Positions 48,328 to 57,892 of a DNA stretch of 64,000 nt are shown piece after piece (within the stretch, counting starts at the first letter, position 1; the number at the start of each line of letters is the position of its first letter). The position numbers and the translations under genes are program-made. The notes under the pieces are model-generated. The model was not told where the DNA came from. It was given only the letters and a program-made list of their open reading frames with translations, and ran no database searches. Location of the stretch: positions 6,134 through 70,133 of the forward strand of contig JAWKMP010000007.1 in NCBI GenBank assembly GCA_041392175.1, written 5' to 3'. The stretch is from Flavobacteriaceae bacterium. Lineage in GTDB: Bacteria; Bacteroidota; Bacteroidia; Flavobacteriales; Flavobacteriaceae.

Positions 48328-49437
48328 TCACTCCCTTTCTATAAAAATCATGTTGGGGATGACCTCCAGTTCCACAATGTCCAGTATCTCTGCGTTAAAG
48401 TTGGTGTAGACCACCCCTCGTTTGTGGTATTCGGTGGTAAAGCCAAACACCACCCAGCCGCGTTCCACATCCACCGCATAGGCCCCAAGGTGCGGGTATG
48501 CATAGCCTTCCACTTGCCCCAGTTGGGTAGCCAATTCGGCCGTATAGGCCCCTCCTCCTTTTAGGGTTTCGCCCGTATCCAAATCCAACAGCAACGGATA
48601 GCTAAGGTAGGGGCTGGGCTGGGCAGCGGGTTCGTCTAGCAGGATTTGCCCATTAGCTAGGGGAGGGTCCAAGAAGCCTTGCAGGCTCTGCAACAGGGCA
48701 ATGGGGTTGGGTTGGGAGCTTAGGAGGGCAAAACTGTCAAAATCAAAGACTTTTACCGTGTAGGGATCAAAGGCATAGAGTTGGTCTCCTTGTTTCATAA
48801 AAAGGGGCGCTTGGTCTAGTAGGTTTAAGGTACCTTCCACGGTTTGGGTGGCTAGGTTTATTTTAAGGAGTTTGTACTGGTAGCCAATGTCCTGTTTTCC
48901 CAGCAACGCTAGTAAATACCCATCTTTTGCCATGGTATCCACCAAAAAATACCCCGGTTGGGTAAGGCGCTCACACGCCTCCCCATAGGCTTGCAGCCCG
49001 AAGGTCAAAAGGTGGGTGTCGGTAGCGGCATCATACTGGTCATAGGCACCTATCACTTCGTTTGGGGTACATATAGGGTCGCGTACAAATACCTCTCCCA
49101 AATCACAGTAGCCCTCAAGCAGGGTGGTTTCCTGTGCAAAGATGGGATCCTTAAAGATAAAGGGGCCATTGGGCGTAAACAGGTACCAGGAAATAATGGC
49201 ATGGTCGTAGATTTTTTGCATACTTCCCCAATCAAACCCAAAGGCATCGGTAAGGTTTTGGGTAGTACCCACCGCAAGCTGTGGACTGATTAGGGTTTTG
49301 GTTACCACCGCCGTTTGGGTACTTTCCGGGAACCCGTACACGGCAACAGGGGGGTAAGACAAGCTGTTCCCATCCTCCTTTTTGCTACAAGCCATAAGGA
49401 GCAAAACCATTAGTAAGCAGCACAGGATTCTATACAT
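48328..49437 (-). CDS. Hypothetical lipoprotein
   Basis: Lipobox LMAC; 369-aa ORF. Confidence 0.7.
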   Translation of the reverse strand: MYRILCCLLMVLLLMACSKKEDGNSLSYPPVAVYGFPESTQTAVVTKTLISPQLAVGTTQNLTDAFGFDWGSMQKIYDHAIISWYLFTPNGPFIFKDPIFAQETTLLEGYCDLGEVFVRDPICTPNEVIGAYDQYDAATDTHLLTFGLQAYGEACERLTQPGYFLVDTMAKDGYLLALLGKQDIGYQYKLLKINLATQTVEGTLNLLDQAPLFMKQGDQLYAFDPYTVKVFDFDSFALLSSQPNPIALLQSLQGFLDPPLANGQILLDEPAAQPSPYLSYPLLLDLDTGETLKGGGAYTAELATQLGQVEGYAYPHLGAYAVDVERGWVVFGFTTEYHKRGVVYTNFNAEILDIVELEVIPNMIFIERE

Positions 49438-49502
49438 ACGGCTAGGGTTTGTTGCCTCTGCAAGCTAAAAAAAAGAGCGGACATACCATCCACTCCTTTC
49501 TA

Positions 49503-51197
49503 TTACTTTTCATACGCCTCGGTATGCACATTTTTAACCGCCCTACCGCTGGGGTCGTTCATATGCTTAAAACTGGCATCCCATTCCAGGGCTACGGCGC
49601 TACTACAGGCCACAGAGGGCACCGAGGGCACCGTTAAGGCAGCAGCATCACTGGGGAAGTGCTCCTCAAAAATACTACGGTAGTAAAACTCCTCCTTGCT
49701 GGTGGGTGTCTGGATGGGGAAACGGTACTTGGCATTGGCCAATTGCTCATCGCTTACTTCCTGTTGGACCAATTCCTTTAAAGTATCAATCCAGCTATAG
49801 CCCACACCATCGCTAAACTGTTCTTTCTGGCGCCAGGCCACGGCCTCGGGCAATAGGTCGCCAAAGGCTTCCCGCAACACCCACTTTTCCATGGCTTGCT
49901 TGGCTTTGGGGCTGCCTTGCCCGGAAATGATCATTTTATCTTTGGGGTTGAGGCGCATGGCCACATCCATAAATTCCTTGTCCAAAAACGGCACCCGCCC
50001 TTCAATGCCCCAAGAGGCCAAGCTCTTGTTGGCCCGCAAGCAGTCATACATATGGAGTTTGTCTAGCTTACGCACGTTCTCTTCGTGAAAGTCCTTGGCA
50101 GTGGGCGCTTTGTGGAAGTACAAATACCCCCCAAAAATCTCATCGGCCCCTTCGCCAGAGAGCACCATTTTAATGCCCATGGCCTTGATGGCCCGTGCCA
50201 ATAAAAACATGGGGGTAGAAGCACGGATGGTGGTGATATCATAGGTTTCCACATGATAGATCACGTCGCGCAGGGCATCAATCCCTTCTTGGATGGTAAA
50301 GTGGATCTCGTGGTGTACTGTCCCTAGATGATCGGCTACTTTTTGGGCCGCGGCCAAATCGGGGGAGCCTTCCAATCCAATGGCAAAAGAGTGGAGGCGA
50401 GGGTACCAAGCGTTTTCCACATCACCGCTCTCAATACGCTTGTCGGCATACTTTTTCGCCAAGGCAGAGGTAATGGAGCTGTCCAGTCCGCCAGAGAGCA
50501 ACACCCCATAGGGCACGTCGCTCATCAATTGGCGGTGCACGGCCGCATCCAGGGCCTTACGTAGGTCGTCAATAGAGGTTTCGTTATCTTTTACGTTGCC
50601 AAACTCCATCCAGTCGCGGGTCCACCAGCGCTTGGGTTCGCCCTCCTTGCTGTACAGGTAATGCCCAGGAGGAAAGAGTTCTATTTTGGTACAGACCCCT
50701 TCTAGGGCCTTTAGTTCGCTGGCCACATAAAACGTACCGTCCTTGTCCCAGCCCATATAGAGGGGGATAATGCCCATGTGGTCACGGGCAATGAGGTAGG
50801 CGTCGTTTTCTACATCGTAGAGCGCAAAACCAAAGATCCCGTTAAGCTCGTCCAAAAAAGCGGTGCCTTTTTCTTTGTAGAGGGCGAGGATGACCTCACA
50901 GTCGCTTTTGGTTTGGAAGTTGTATTTGCCCTCAAATTGCTTTCGCAGTTCTTGGTGGTTATAGATTTCGCCATTGGCGGCCAGCACTAGCTGCTTGTCT
51001 TCCGAAAACAGCGGTTGTTTCCCCGAGGTAGGGTCTACAATGGCAAGGCGCTCATGGGCCATGAGGGCCTTGGGGTCGCTGTAAATCCCGCTCCAGTCGG
51101 GACCGCGGTGACGCAGGCATTTTGCCATGGTTAGTAATTGGGGTCGCAACGCCTCACTGGGTTGCTTTAAGTCGAAGGCACATACAATTCCACACAT
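49503..51197 (-). CDS. asnB: Asparagine synthetase B (glutamine-hydrolysing)
   Basis: MCGI, HRGPD, HERLAIVD, NGEIYNH, LLSGGLDSS, SGEGADE, RVPFLD. Confidence 0.96.
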   Translation of the reverse strand: MCGIVCAFDLKQPSEALRPQLLTMAKCLRHRGPDWSGIYSDPKALMAHERLAIVDPTSGKQPLFSEDKQLVLAANGEIYNHQELRKQFEGKYNFQTKSDCEVILALYKEKGTAFLDELNGIFGFALYDVENDAYLIARDHMGIIPLYMGWDKDGTFYVASELKALEGVCTKIELFPPGHYLYSKEGEPKRWWTRDWMEFGNVKDNETSIDDLRKALDAAVHRQLMSDVPYGVLLSGGLDSSITSALAKKYADKRIESGDVENAWYPRLHSFAIGLEGSPDLAAAQKVADHLGTVHHEIHFTIQEGIDALRDVIYHVETYDITTIRASTPMFLLARAIKAMGIKMVLSGEGADEIFGGYLYFHKAPTAKDFHEENVRKLDKLHMYDCLRANKSLASWGIEGRVPFLDKEFMDVAMRLNPKDKMIISGQGSPKAKQAMEKWVLREAFGDLLPEAVAWRQKEQFSDGVGYSWIDTLKELVQQEVSDEQLANAKYRFPIQTPTSKEEFYYRSIFEEHFPSDAAALTVPSVPSVACSSAVALEWDASFKHMNDPSGRAVKNVHTEAYEK

Positions 51198-51218
51198 AGG
51201 ATATCAGTTTTAAACATT

Positions 51219-51251
51219 AAAAAACCCGTCAGGTTAGAAACTTGACGGGTT
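51219..51251 (-). terminator. Attenuator terminator in the asnB leader
   Basis: Minus strand AACCCGTCAAG-TTTCTAAC-CTGACGGGTTTTTT, ending about 20 nt upstream of the asnB ATG. Confidence 0.8.
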
Positions 51252-51273
51252 CGGTATATGGTACAAGTTTCTG

Positions 51274-51321
51274 TTACGGGTTTCCGTTATTGTTATTAGT
51301 ATTGAAATTGGAAAACAACAT
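51274..51321 (-). CDS. Putative asnB leader peptide MLFSNFNTNNNNGNP
   Basis: 15 codons, 7 of them Asn including a run of 4, directly upstream of the terminator/antiterminator. Confidence 0.8.
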   Translation of the reverse strand: MLFSNFNTNNNNGNP

Positions 51322-51410
51322 GACTTGTGTTTGATCTTTTTTGTTGTGGTAAATATCGAAGTTTTTTTCTAATAAAGAAATTTTTAGGTTTTATTTTTTA
51401 AAAATCTTTA

Positions 51411-51648
51411 GCCACGAACCCATGAATGTTTTTTGGGGGTGTTAGGGTCGCCCCGTGGGTATTAGTGAATAGGTGGTCGTAATTGAGAAAGGGAAGTCCT
51501 TGTTTTGGGTTGATTGTTCTGCCTCGAACCCACGAATCTTTCTTGGGGGTGTTAGGGTCGCCCCGTGGGTATTAGTGAATAGGTGGTCGTTATTGAGAAA
51601 GGGAAGTCCTTGTTTTGGGTTCATTGTTCTGCCAAGAATCCACGAATG
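51411..51648. repeat. Two-copy 110-bp tandem repeat
   Basis: gttagggtcgccccgtgggtattagtgaataggtggtcgt.. at 51441 and 51551. Confidence 0.9.
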
Positions 51649-51710
51649 TTGTTATTTTATAGTTTTTGTCTATGTAAAACAGATAAAATGATTTATGTAT
51701 TAGCGGTGTT

Positions 51711-51786
51711 TTAACGCAATTTCGGGAACTCCTCGGGGTTGCTTTCATGCATCATGGCATAAACCTTTTCAAACACATCTTCGGTT
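51711..51786 (-). pseudogene. Orphan duplicate of the last 76 bp of the E1 dehydrogenase gene
   Basis: Matches 52244-52319 at 70 of 76 nt; encodes TEDVFEKVYAMMHESNPEEFPKLR*. Confidence 0.9.
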
Positions 51787-51869
51787 CGAGAATTTTATTG
51801 ATTTGAGAAGTGTGAAGTGAGTTAAGTAAAAAACCGTCTATACGATTCAATCCTACTTTTGTGGATTAA

Positions 51870-52068
51870 GAACTTCCCTTTTGTCCAGAATAGGTCGCAG
51901 AAAAGATCCGAGATCCAGGAGCGAAGTGACGCGGAGTTTTCAAGACGGTTTTGCGAAGCAAAAATTCCTTCAAATCGAAGATTCACGGACTCAAATAAAC
52001 TGGACACTCCGTAAAAGGGGGTCTTTTCTTTTGGTTCGTTTTCTTTGGACAAGCAAAGAAAATGAACA
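51870..52068. mobile_element. MITE/REP-like non-coding element
   Basis: Terminal hairpin gttcgttttctttggacaagcaaagaaaatgaac and an internal ttttgcgaagcaaaa palindrome; resembles Bacteroidota intergenic repeats (from recall). Confidence 0.45.
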
Positions 52069-52243
52069 TAAAAAAATAGTATAAAGTAAGATATGCTCGT
52101 AATCTTAAATAGTTATTTATGCTTGCTTGTTTGCGGCAATGGCAAAAAGAAAGAAGCAATATGATAACTTCTAACTTCCCCTAGGCTCACTTTGGTGTGT
52201 TGAAACTGCCTACGTAGCAAAAGTAAAACTCAAAGAAACGACA

Positions 52244-54658
52244 CTAACGAAGCTTCGGAAACTCCTCGGGGTTGCTTTCATGCATCATGGCATAGACCTT
52301 TTCAAACACATCTTCGGTTGAAGGCTTGGAGAAATAGTCCCCATCGGTGGCATAAGCAGGGCGGTGGGGCTGCGCTGCAAGGGTTTGCGGTTTGCTATCT
52401 AGGTATTGGTAGCCGTTTTGTTCGTTGACAATGTGTTCCAAAATATAGGCGGAAGCCCCTCCTGGCATGTCTTCGTCAATCACCAATAACCGATTGGTCT
52501 TCTGGACACTTTTTACGATATCGTGGTGGATGTCCAAGGGCAACAACGATTGGATGTCGATCACTTCGGCATCAATCCCCACCTGCAATAACTCTTTAGC
52601 GGCTTCCTGCACAATCCGTAGGGTACTGCCATAGGACACCAAGGTAATATCGCTTCCTTCCTTCACGGTTTCTACTACCCCAATAGGCGTTCGGAACTCG
52701 CCTAGGTTGGAAGGCATTTTTTCTTTTAAACGGTAGCCGTTCAAGCATTCCACAATCAAGGCAGGTTCATCGCTTTGGAGTAAGGTATTATAGAACCCGG
52801 CCGCTTTTACCATGTTACGGGGCACCAGAATGTACATACCTCGTAGCAAATTAATCAAAGCACCCATTTGCGAGCCACTGTGCCAAATCCCTTCCAGGCG
52901 GTGCCCACGGGTACGCACAATGAGTGGGGCTTTTTGCTTTCCGGCGGTTCTATAGCGTACCGACGCTAGGTCGTCTGCCATGATCTGTAGGCAATACAGG
53001 ATGTAATCCAGGTATTGGATTTCGGCAATGGGCCGTAGTCCCCGCATGGCAAGTCCTATCCCTTGTCCCAAAATGGTCGCCTCCCGAATCCCGGTATCGC
53101 TAATGCGCAGGGAACCGTATTTCTCTTGCAAGCCCTCCAAGCCTTGGTTCACGTCACCAATGGCACCACTATCTTCCCCAAAGATGAGGGTTTCTGGAAA
53201 GTTTTTAAAAAGGGTATCAAAATTATCCCGCAAGATGACGCGCCCGTCTACCTCTTCGGCATCGGGGGCGTAGGAGGGAAGGACTTCGGGTATGTTGGTG
53301 GCTTTGGAAGGCAATTCAGAATACACATTATCGCTGTACTTGGGCTGCACCAACTCAAAGAAGTTGTTGACCCAATCCTGTAGCTGTTTCTTTTCGGGCG
53401 AATCTTCGGCCACTACATAGCGCAGGGCCTTGCGGGCACGGGAGATAATATCACGACGAAGAGGCTCTTTTTCCTCGGCCAATTCGTTTTTAATTTTTTC
53501 GATAAAGATCTTGTTGGGACTGCTTTCGGCCAAATTCCCAATGAGGGTAAGCGCCTCTTTCTGTTCCTGCTTATGGGGTGCCAAAAAGGCCGCCCATTCT
53601 TTATTCTTGCCTTCCCGAACTTGCTTTTTAATGCTTTTTTCCAATTCGTCCAATTCCTCTGCCGTGGCGATATTGCTTTCCATGATCCACTCACGCATTT
53701 TCAGGTTGCAATCGTGTTCTTTCTCCCACTGCAGCCGCTCGGCGCTCTTGTAACGCTCATGTGAACCACTGGTAGAGTGTCCTTGGGGCTGGGTTAATTC
53801 CACCACATGGATCAACACGGGAACGTGTTCTTCACGGGCCAGTTGGCCAGCCTTTTGAAACGTTTCGACCAACGCTGGGTAATCCCATCCCTTGACCTTT
53901 AAAATTTCGTAGCCCGGTTTGTCTTCGGTACGTTGGAAACCACTGAGGATCTCCGAAATATCTTCTTTGGTAGTTTGGTATTTGGCATGCACCGAAATCC
54001 CGTATTCATCATCCCACACGCACATCACCATGGGTACTTGCAATACGCCTGCCGCATTGATGGTTTCCCAAAACAATCCCTCGCTGGTACTGGCATTGCC
54101 AATGGTACCCCAGGCTACTTCATTTCCATGGTGGGAAAAATGGGTAAGGTCTTGTACTTCCTTCACTTCCCTAAAAATCTTGGAGGCCTGTGCCAATCCT
54201 AGTAAACGGGGCATTTGCCCTGCGGTGGGAGAGATATCGGAACTGCTGTTTTTCTGTTCGGTGAGGTTTTTCCAAGAGCCGTCCTCGTTCAAGCTATGGC
54301 TCATAAAGTGACCGCCCATTTGGCGTCCGGCGCTCATGGGATCGGCCTCGATGGAGGTATGGGCATACAGCCCGGCAAAAAACTGCTCGATGGTTAATTG
54401 GCCATTGGCCATCATAAAGGTTTGGTCACGGTAGTAGCCGCTACGCCAATCCCCTTTTTGGAAGGCCTTGGCCCAAGCCAGTTGAGGCACTTCCTTTCCA
54501 TCGCCAAAAATCCCAAACTTTGCTTTTCCGGTGAGTACTTCGCGTCTTCCCAACAAACTACATTCCCTACTGGTGACGGCCACTTGGTAATCGTTTAAAA
54601 CTTCCGCTTTAAAGTCTTCAAAAGAAATAGCGCCGTTGGTTTTTGGGTCTGTTTGCAT
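52244..54658 (-). CDS. 2-oxoacid dehydrogenase E1 alpha/beta fusion (branched-chain type)
   Basis: GNASTSEG TPP motif, GHSTSG, IFGEDSG, PIAEIQYLDY, IDIQSLLPLD. Confidence 0.9.
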   Translation of the reverse strand: MQTDPKTNGAISFEDFKAEVLNDYQVAVTSRECSLLGRREVLTGKAKFGIFGDGKEVPQLAWAKAFQKGDWRSGYYRDQTFMMANGQLTIEQFFAGLYAHTSIEADPMSAGRQMGGHFMSHSLNEDGSWKNLTEQKNSSSDISPTAGQMPRLLGLAQASKIFREVKEVQDLTHFSHHGNEVAWGTIGNASTSEGLFWETINAAGVLQVPMVMCVWDDEYGISVHAKYQTTKEDISEILSGFQRTEDKPGYEILKVKGWDYPALVETFQKAGQLAREEHVPVLIHVVELTQPQGHSTSGSHERYKSAERLQWEKEHDCNLKMREWIMESNIATAEELDELEKSIKKQVREGKNKEWAAFLAPHKQEQKEALTLIGNLAESSPNKIFIEKIKNELAEEKEPLRRDIISRARKALRYVVAEDSPEKKQLQDWVNNFFELVQPKYSDNVYSELPSKATNIPEVLPSYAPDAEEVDGRVILRDNFDTLFKNFPETLIFGEDSGAIGDVNQGLEGLQEKYGSLRISDTGIREATILGQGIGLAMRGLRPIAEIQYLDYILYCLQIMADDLASVRYRTAGKQKAPLIVRTRGHRLEGIWHSGSQMGALINLLRGMYILVPRNMVKAAGFYNTLLQSDEPALIVECLNGYRLKEKMPSNLGEFRTPIGVVETVKEGSDITLVSYGSTLRIVQEAAKELLQVGIDAEVIDIQSLLPLDIHHDIVKSVQKTNRLLVIDEDMPGGASAYILEHIVNEQNGYQYLDSKPQTLAAQPHRPAYATDGDYFSKPSTEDVFEKVYAMMHESNPEEFPKLR

Positions 54659-54752
54659 AGTGGGAAAATTACGTCACAAAAGTAGGTAAAATATCCATGC
54701 GGAGCAATGCTAAAATTTTAAGGAATTCTTAATAAAACACTAATTTTAATAA

Positions 54753-54977
54753 CTATTTTTCAGTGTTTTTTCGAATTTCAACAAAAACAATGCGAATGAG
54801 TAAAAGGAAAGGGAGCCCATGAAGGAGTAAATCAGCATAGTCCATGGGCTGCATGCCTACCGCTCCTCCGGCCAGCCATTTCAGTTTGCCCCATAGGTGC
54901 GGCTCGGGAGCATAGGGAGCCAGGCCCAGGGTAAGACAAAGTAATAGGATGATACGCCAGTTGTTGAGGAGGTTCAT
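54753..54977 (-). CDS. Small membrane protein
   Basis: LTLGLAPYAPEPHLWGKL..DYADLLLHGLP, recognisable small family. Confidence 0.75.
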   Translation of the reverse strand: MNLLNNWRIILLLCLTLGLAPYAPEPHLWGKLKWLAGGAVGMQPMDYADLLLHGLPFLLLIRIVFVEIRKNTEK

Positions 54978-55031
54978 GGGTTAAGGGTTAAGTTATGTTA
55001 GAACAATAAAAATAAAAAAAATACTTTTACC

Positions 55032-55070
55032 CAGCACTCAGCACTCAGCACTCAGCACCCAGCACCCAGC
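55032..55070. repeat. Heptamer tandem repeat cagcact/cagcacc
   Basis: About 5.5 units just downstream of the M1-like gene. Confidence 0.85.
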
Positions 55071-55074
55071 GCCT

Positions 55075-57891
55075 CTAGTACCACTTTCGGGTGAACAGCC
55101 CCGTAAGGGTACGCAAATCAAGGGTCACGATAAAACGGATGCGCTGGTCATAATCACCCAATCCTGGTTCCCAACCCAAATTGGAGTACAGCGGAAAGTA
55201 GAGTTCAAAATAATCGGCCACGAGGCTTGCCCGTATCCCGCCATCGTAGACAAATTTGGGTTCAAAGCCCGTGTTCTTCACCAATCCCACATCGGCATAG
55301 GCATAGATCCATTTCCAAATGTTGGTACTGGTATTGACCGTTGTGATCCACTGGTTGGCATAAGCCGGCTGCAACTTCGATTTAAACCCGCCTTCGGCCA
55401 CGATCAACTGCTGGCTAAACAAACCACTGCTCTCACTCCGGCCATAGTAATTGTAATCGAAGAGGTAGTCTGACGGACGGTCCAGCGCAAAGTTGAAATA
55501 ATCGTCACTGGTTTCATTTTTATTATAGAGGAAGATGCCCGAAAATAAACGTACGTTGAACTGGCGGTTGCTCAAAAACAGCTTGCGGTATTCCCATTGC
55601 AACGAGGCCTTTCCAAAGCTTTTGGCTACCTGAAAATCAAACACCCCTCGGTAGTAATCAATCAGGTTGTTGTCTGAATACACATACTGCGCATTGAACA
55701 CGCTATAATTGGGGTTCTGGTCGGGGTCGTTAGGGTCAATATCTTTAAAAACATTCACGTTACGCAAGTTGATAAACTGCTTGGTGTTTTTCCGCAAGTC
55801 TTTGTAATCCCGAAAAGCAAGGGTGAGAAAAGGGGATAAGCGACGATAAAAAAGATCGTCATCATAGGAGAAAAGATTCCCCGAAACCCCCACGCGAATG
55901 GCATACAGGCTTTGCTCCTCCAAACGGCCGGTATAAACCACGGCACCACTTCCAACCAGCGTTTTGGAACGAAATCCATATTGTGGGTCCAACCGGTAAT
56001 GCAGGTTTTTGGGCAGTACGGTCTTGTTGTAAATTTTGGTTCCCAAACTAAACCCATCGTACAAATTGTACTGAAACACGGGCATAAAGAACAACTGGTT
56101 GTACCGTGGGTCTTCCACATCCTGGAATAACCTAAACTGAACGGGCCTGTTGAGCAAGCCGGTTACTTTTTTATAATTGTTGCGCTGGTTGGATTCGGGT
56201 ACAATGCCTTCATAATTGAGGGCCAGTTTTTTGACGTTTTCCTTGGACACGGTGATGCTTGCCACACTATCAAAAGGGGCCAACCATTTCTTAAAGACGA
56301 TGCTGTCTTTGTGAAGCCCATAAAGCGAGATAGGCATAGGGCTGTGCTCTTTATTGAGGACAGTTACCCGTAACGAATCACCCACGGGTTCCACTTGTTT
56401 TATCTTAAAGTCGATAAGGGTTCGCTTGCCTACATAGGTTTCAAAAAACCAGTCCACGGGCAGCGAAGTATGTTGCGATAGCAGTTCCTGAAAGCTTTCT
56501 GTGTTGGCAGGGGCGAGTTGGTAGGTTTGGTAAAACTGGGCCATGGTTTGCTCCAGGACATCTTTTCCCAAATAATCGCTTAAATAGGTAAAACCCGTCC
56601 CTGCGTAGTAATCACTGGCAATGTTTTTATTGTATTTGAGCAGGGAATCCCTTGGGGTGACCAGCGATTGGTGCAGATTGTTGCGCGCCATGTTCAAGTA
56701 AAGGATGGCGTATTGATCGTTGAATTCCAACGTACTGGCGTGCGACCATTTTACAATGAAAAAATCGCTCAGGTTCCCCATCAGCTTGATATCGGGATAG
56801 TAGGTATTCACATAGTCAATCATCAAATAGATTTGAAGGGCCCCTAGCAGCCAGTGGTCTTCCCGCGGGTTCATGTAAAGGGTGTTCTCCAAAAACTTTC
56901 GGGAGAGGGTTTTCAATAATTCCAGATCCATTTCGAAGCCATTGGGAAAAGGGCTAATGAAATCGGGTAGCTGGTTCAATCCGTATACGGGGCTAATGCG
57001 GTAGTCGGCATCACTCACCACCATCTTTTGGAAGGGGTAAGGCCCTAGTTTTTCTTCCAGAAAGTGGGTAATTCGGTCTATTTCCAAGGCTTTGATGGCA
57101 GGCGTGACCTTTCGGTCTGAGATATCGGTAATGACTTCAAAATTATCGGTCACCACACTTTTAAAGCCTAGATTTTTGTCCAAATAGATGGGGGCATTCA
57201 TGCGGTCCTTGCCTTCCAAACGAACAATTTTTACCCCATCGATCATGGTTTCGGTGACTACATCCAAATCAGACACCAACTGAAAGGCTTTGGGAAAGTG
57301 AAAGGTGATGACGAAACGCGACGGACTCATATAAAAGTCGTCCACATTTTTATTGCTATAAAAATGCCATTCCCCGTCAAATACGGCCGGGGCAATAAAC
57401 CAATAGCGCAATTTGTAATCGCCGTACTTGGAAACCCCAAAGCGGGTAAACTTATCGTTGGGAACTTTTACTTGGTAAGCAAGTTGGAGTGTTGTAGATT
57501 GTTTGGCAGCTAATGGCTCCTGTAAGGTGACTTTGATTACGTCCTGCCCATCCAGACGTTCCCAATCCAGCGCCGTGTGGTTGTTATCCTCTAGGCTGTT
57601 GAGTAGGGTTTTTCCACGGTCTTCTTCTTTTTCGAAGTGGAACGAACTATTGAAATTTTCGGCAAAGCGTTTGGCAAGGGGCGTGGTTTTACTGGAAAAG
57701 CTATGGGCCCAATCGGTGAGGTAGATTTCGGTGAGGGGCGATGCACCGCTATTGAAGAAATCAATTTGCTGTTGGATGGTGAGGGTTTGCGTGGCTTCAT
57801 CCAGCGTTACCTCCATGCGTATGGCATGTTGTGCTACAGCCGAAGCGGTGAGCAAAAATAGGCAACCAATAAACCATCGTGTTATTTTCAA
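55075..57891 (-). CDS. M1 aminopeptidase-like protein with C-terminal beta-strand-rich domain
   Basis: Signal peptide; IYLTDW, LGPYPFQK, VDWFFETY; no HEXXH found. Confidence 0.7.
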   Translation of the reverse strand: MKITRWFIGCLFLLTASAVAQHAIRMEVTLDEATQTLTIQQQIDFFNSGASPLTEIYLTDWAHSFSSKTTPLAKRFAENFNSSFHFEKEEDRGKTLLNSLEDNNHTALDWERLDGQDVIKVTLQEPLAAKQSTTLQLAYQVKVPNDKFTRFGVSKYGDYKLRYWFIAPAVFDGEWHFYSNKNVDDFYMSPSRFVITFHFPKAFQLVSDLDVVTETMIDGVKIVRLEGKDRMNAPIYLDKNLGFKSVVTDNFEVITDISDRKVTPAIKALEIDRITHFLEEKLGPYPFQKMVVSDADYRISPVYGLNQLPDFISPFPNGFEMDLELLKTLSRKFLENTLYMNPREDHWLLGALQIYLMIDYVNTYYPDIKLMGNLSDFFIVKWSHASTLEFNDQYAILYLNMARNNLHQSLVTPRDSLLKYNKNIASDYYAGTGFTYLSDYLGKDVLEQTMAQFYQTYQLAPANTESFQELLSQHTSLPVDWFFETYVGKRTLIDFKIKQVEPVGDSLRVTVLNKEHSPMPISLYGLHKDSIVFKKWLAPFDSVASITVSKENVKKLALNYEGIVPESNQRNNYKKVTGLLNRPVQFRLFQDVEDPRYNQLFFMPVFQYNLYDGFSLGTKIYNKTVLPKNLHYRLDPQYGFRSKTLVGSGAVVYTGRLEEQSLYAIRVGVSGNLFSYDDDLFYRRLSPFLTLAFRDYKDLRKNTKQFINLRNVNVFKDIDPNDPDQNPNYSVFNAQYVYSDNNLIDYYRGVFDFQVAKSFGKASLQWEYRKLFLSNRQFNVRLFSGIFLYNKNETSDDYFNFALDRPSDYLFDYNYYGRSESSGLFSQQLIVAEGGFKSKLQPAYANQWITTVNTSTNIWKWIYAYADVGLVKNTGFEPKFVYDGGIRASLVADYFELYFPLYSNLGWEPGLGDYDQRIRFIVTLDLRTLTGLFTRKWY

Positions 57892-57892
57892 A

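Noticed and set aside
51442-52084. Short ORFs in the asnB-E1 spacer
   Set aside because: They overlap the 110-bp repeat and MITE-like element and have no recognisable protein features.
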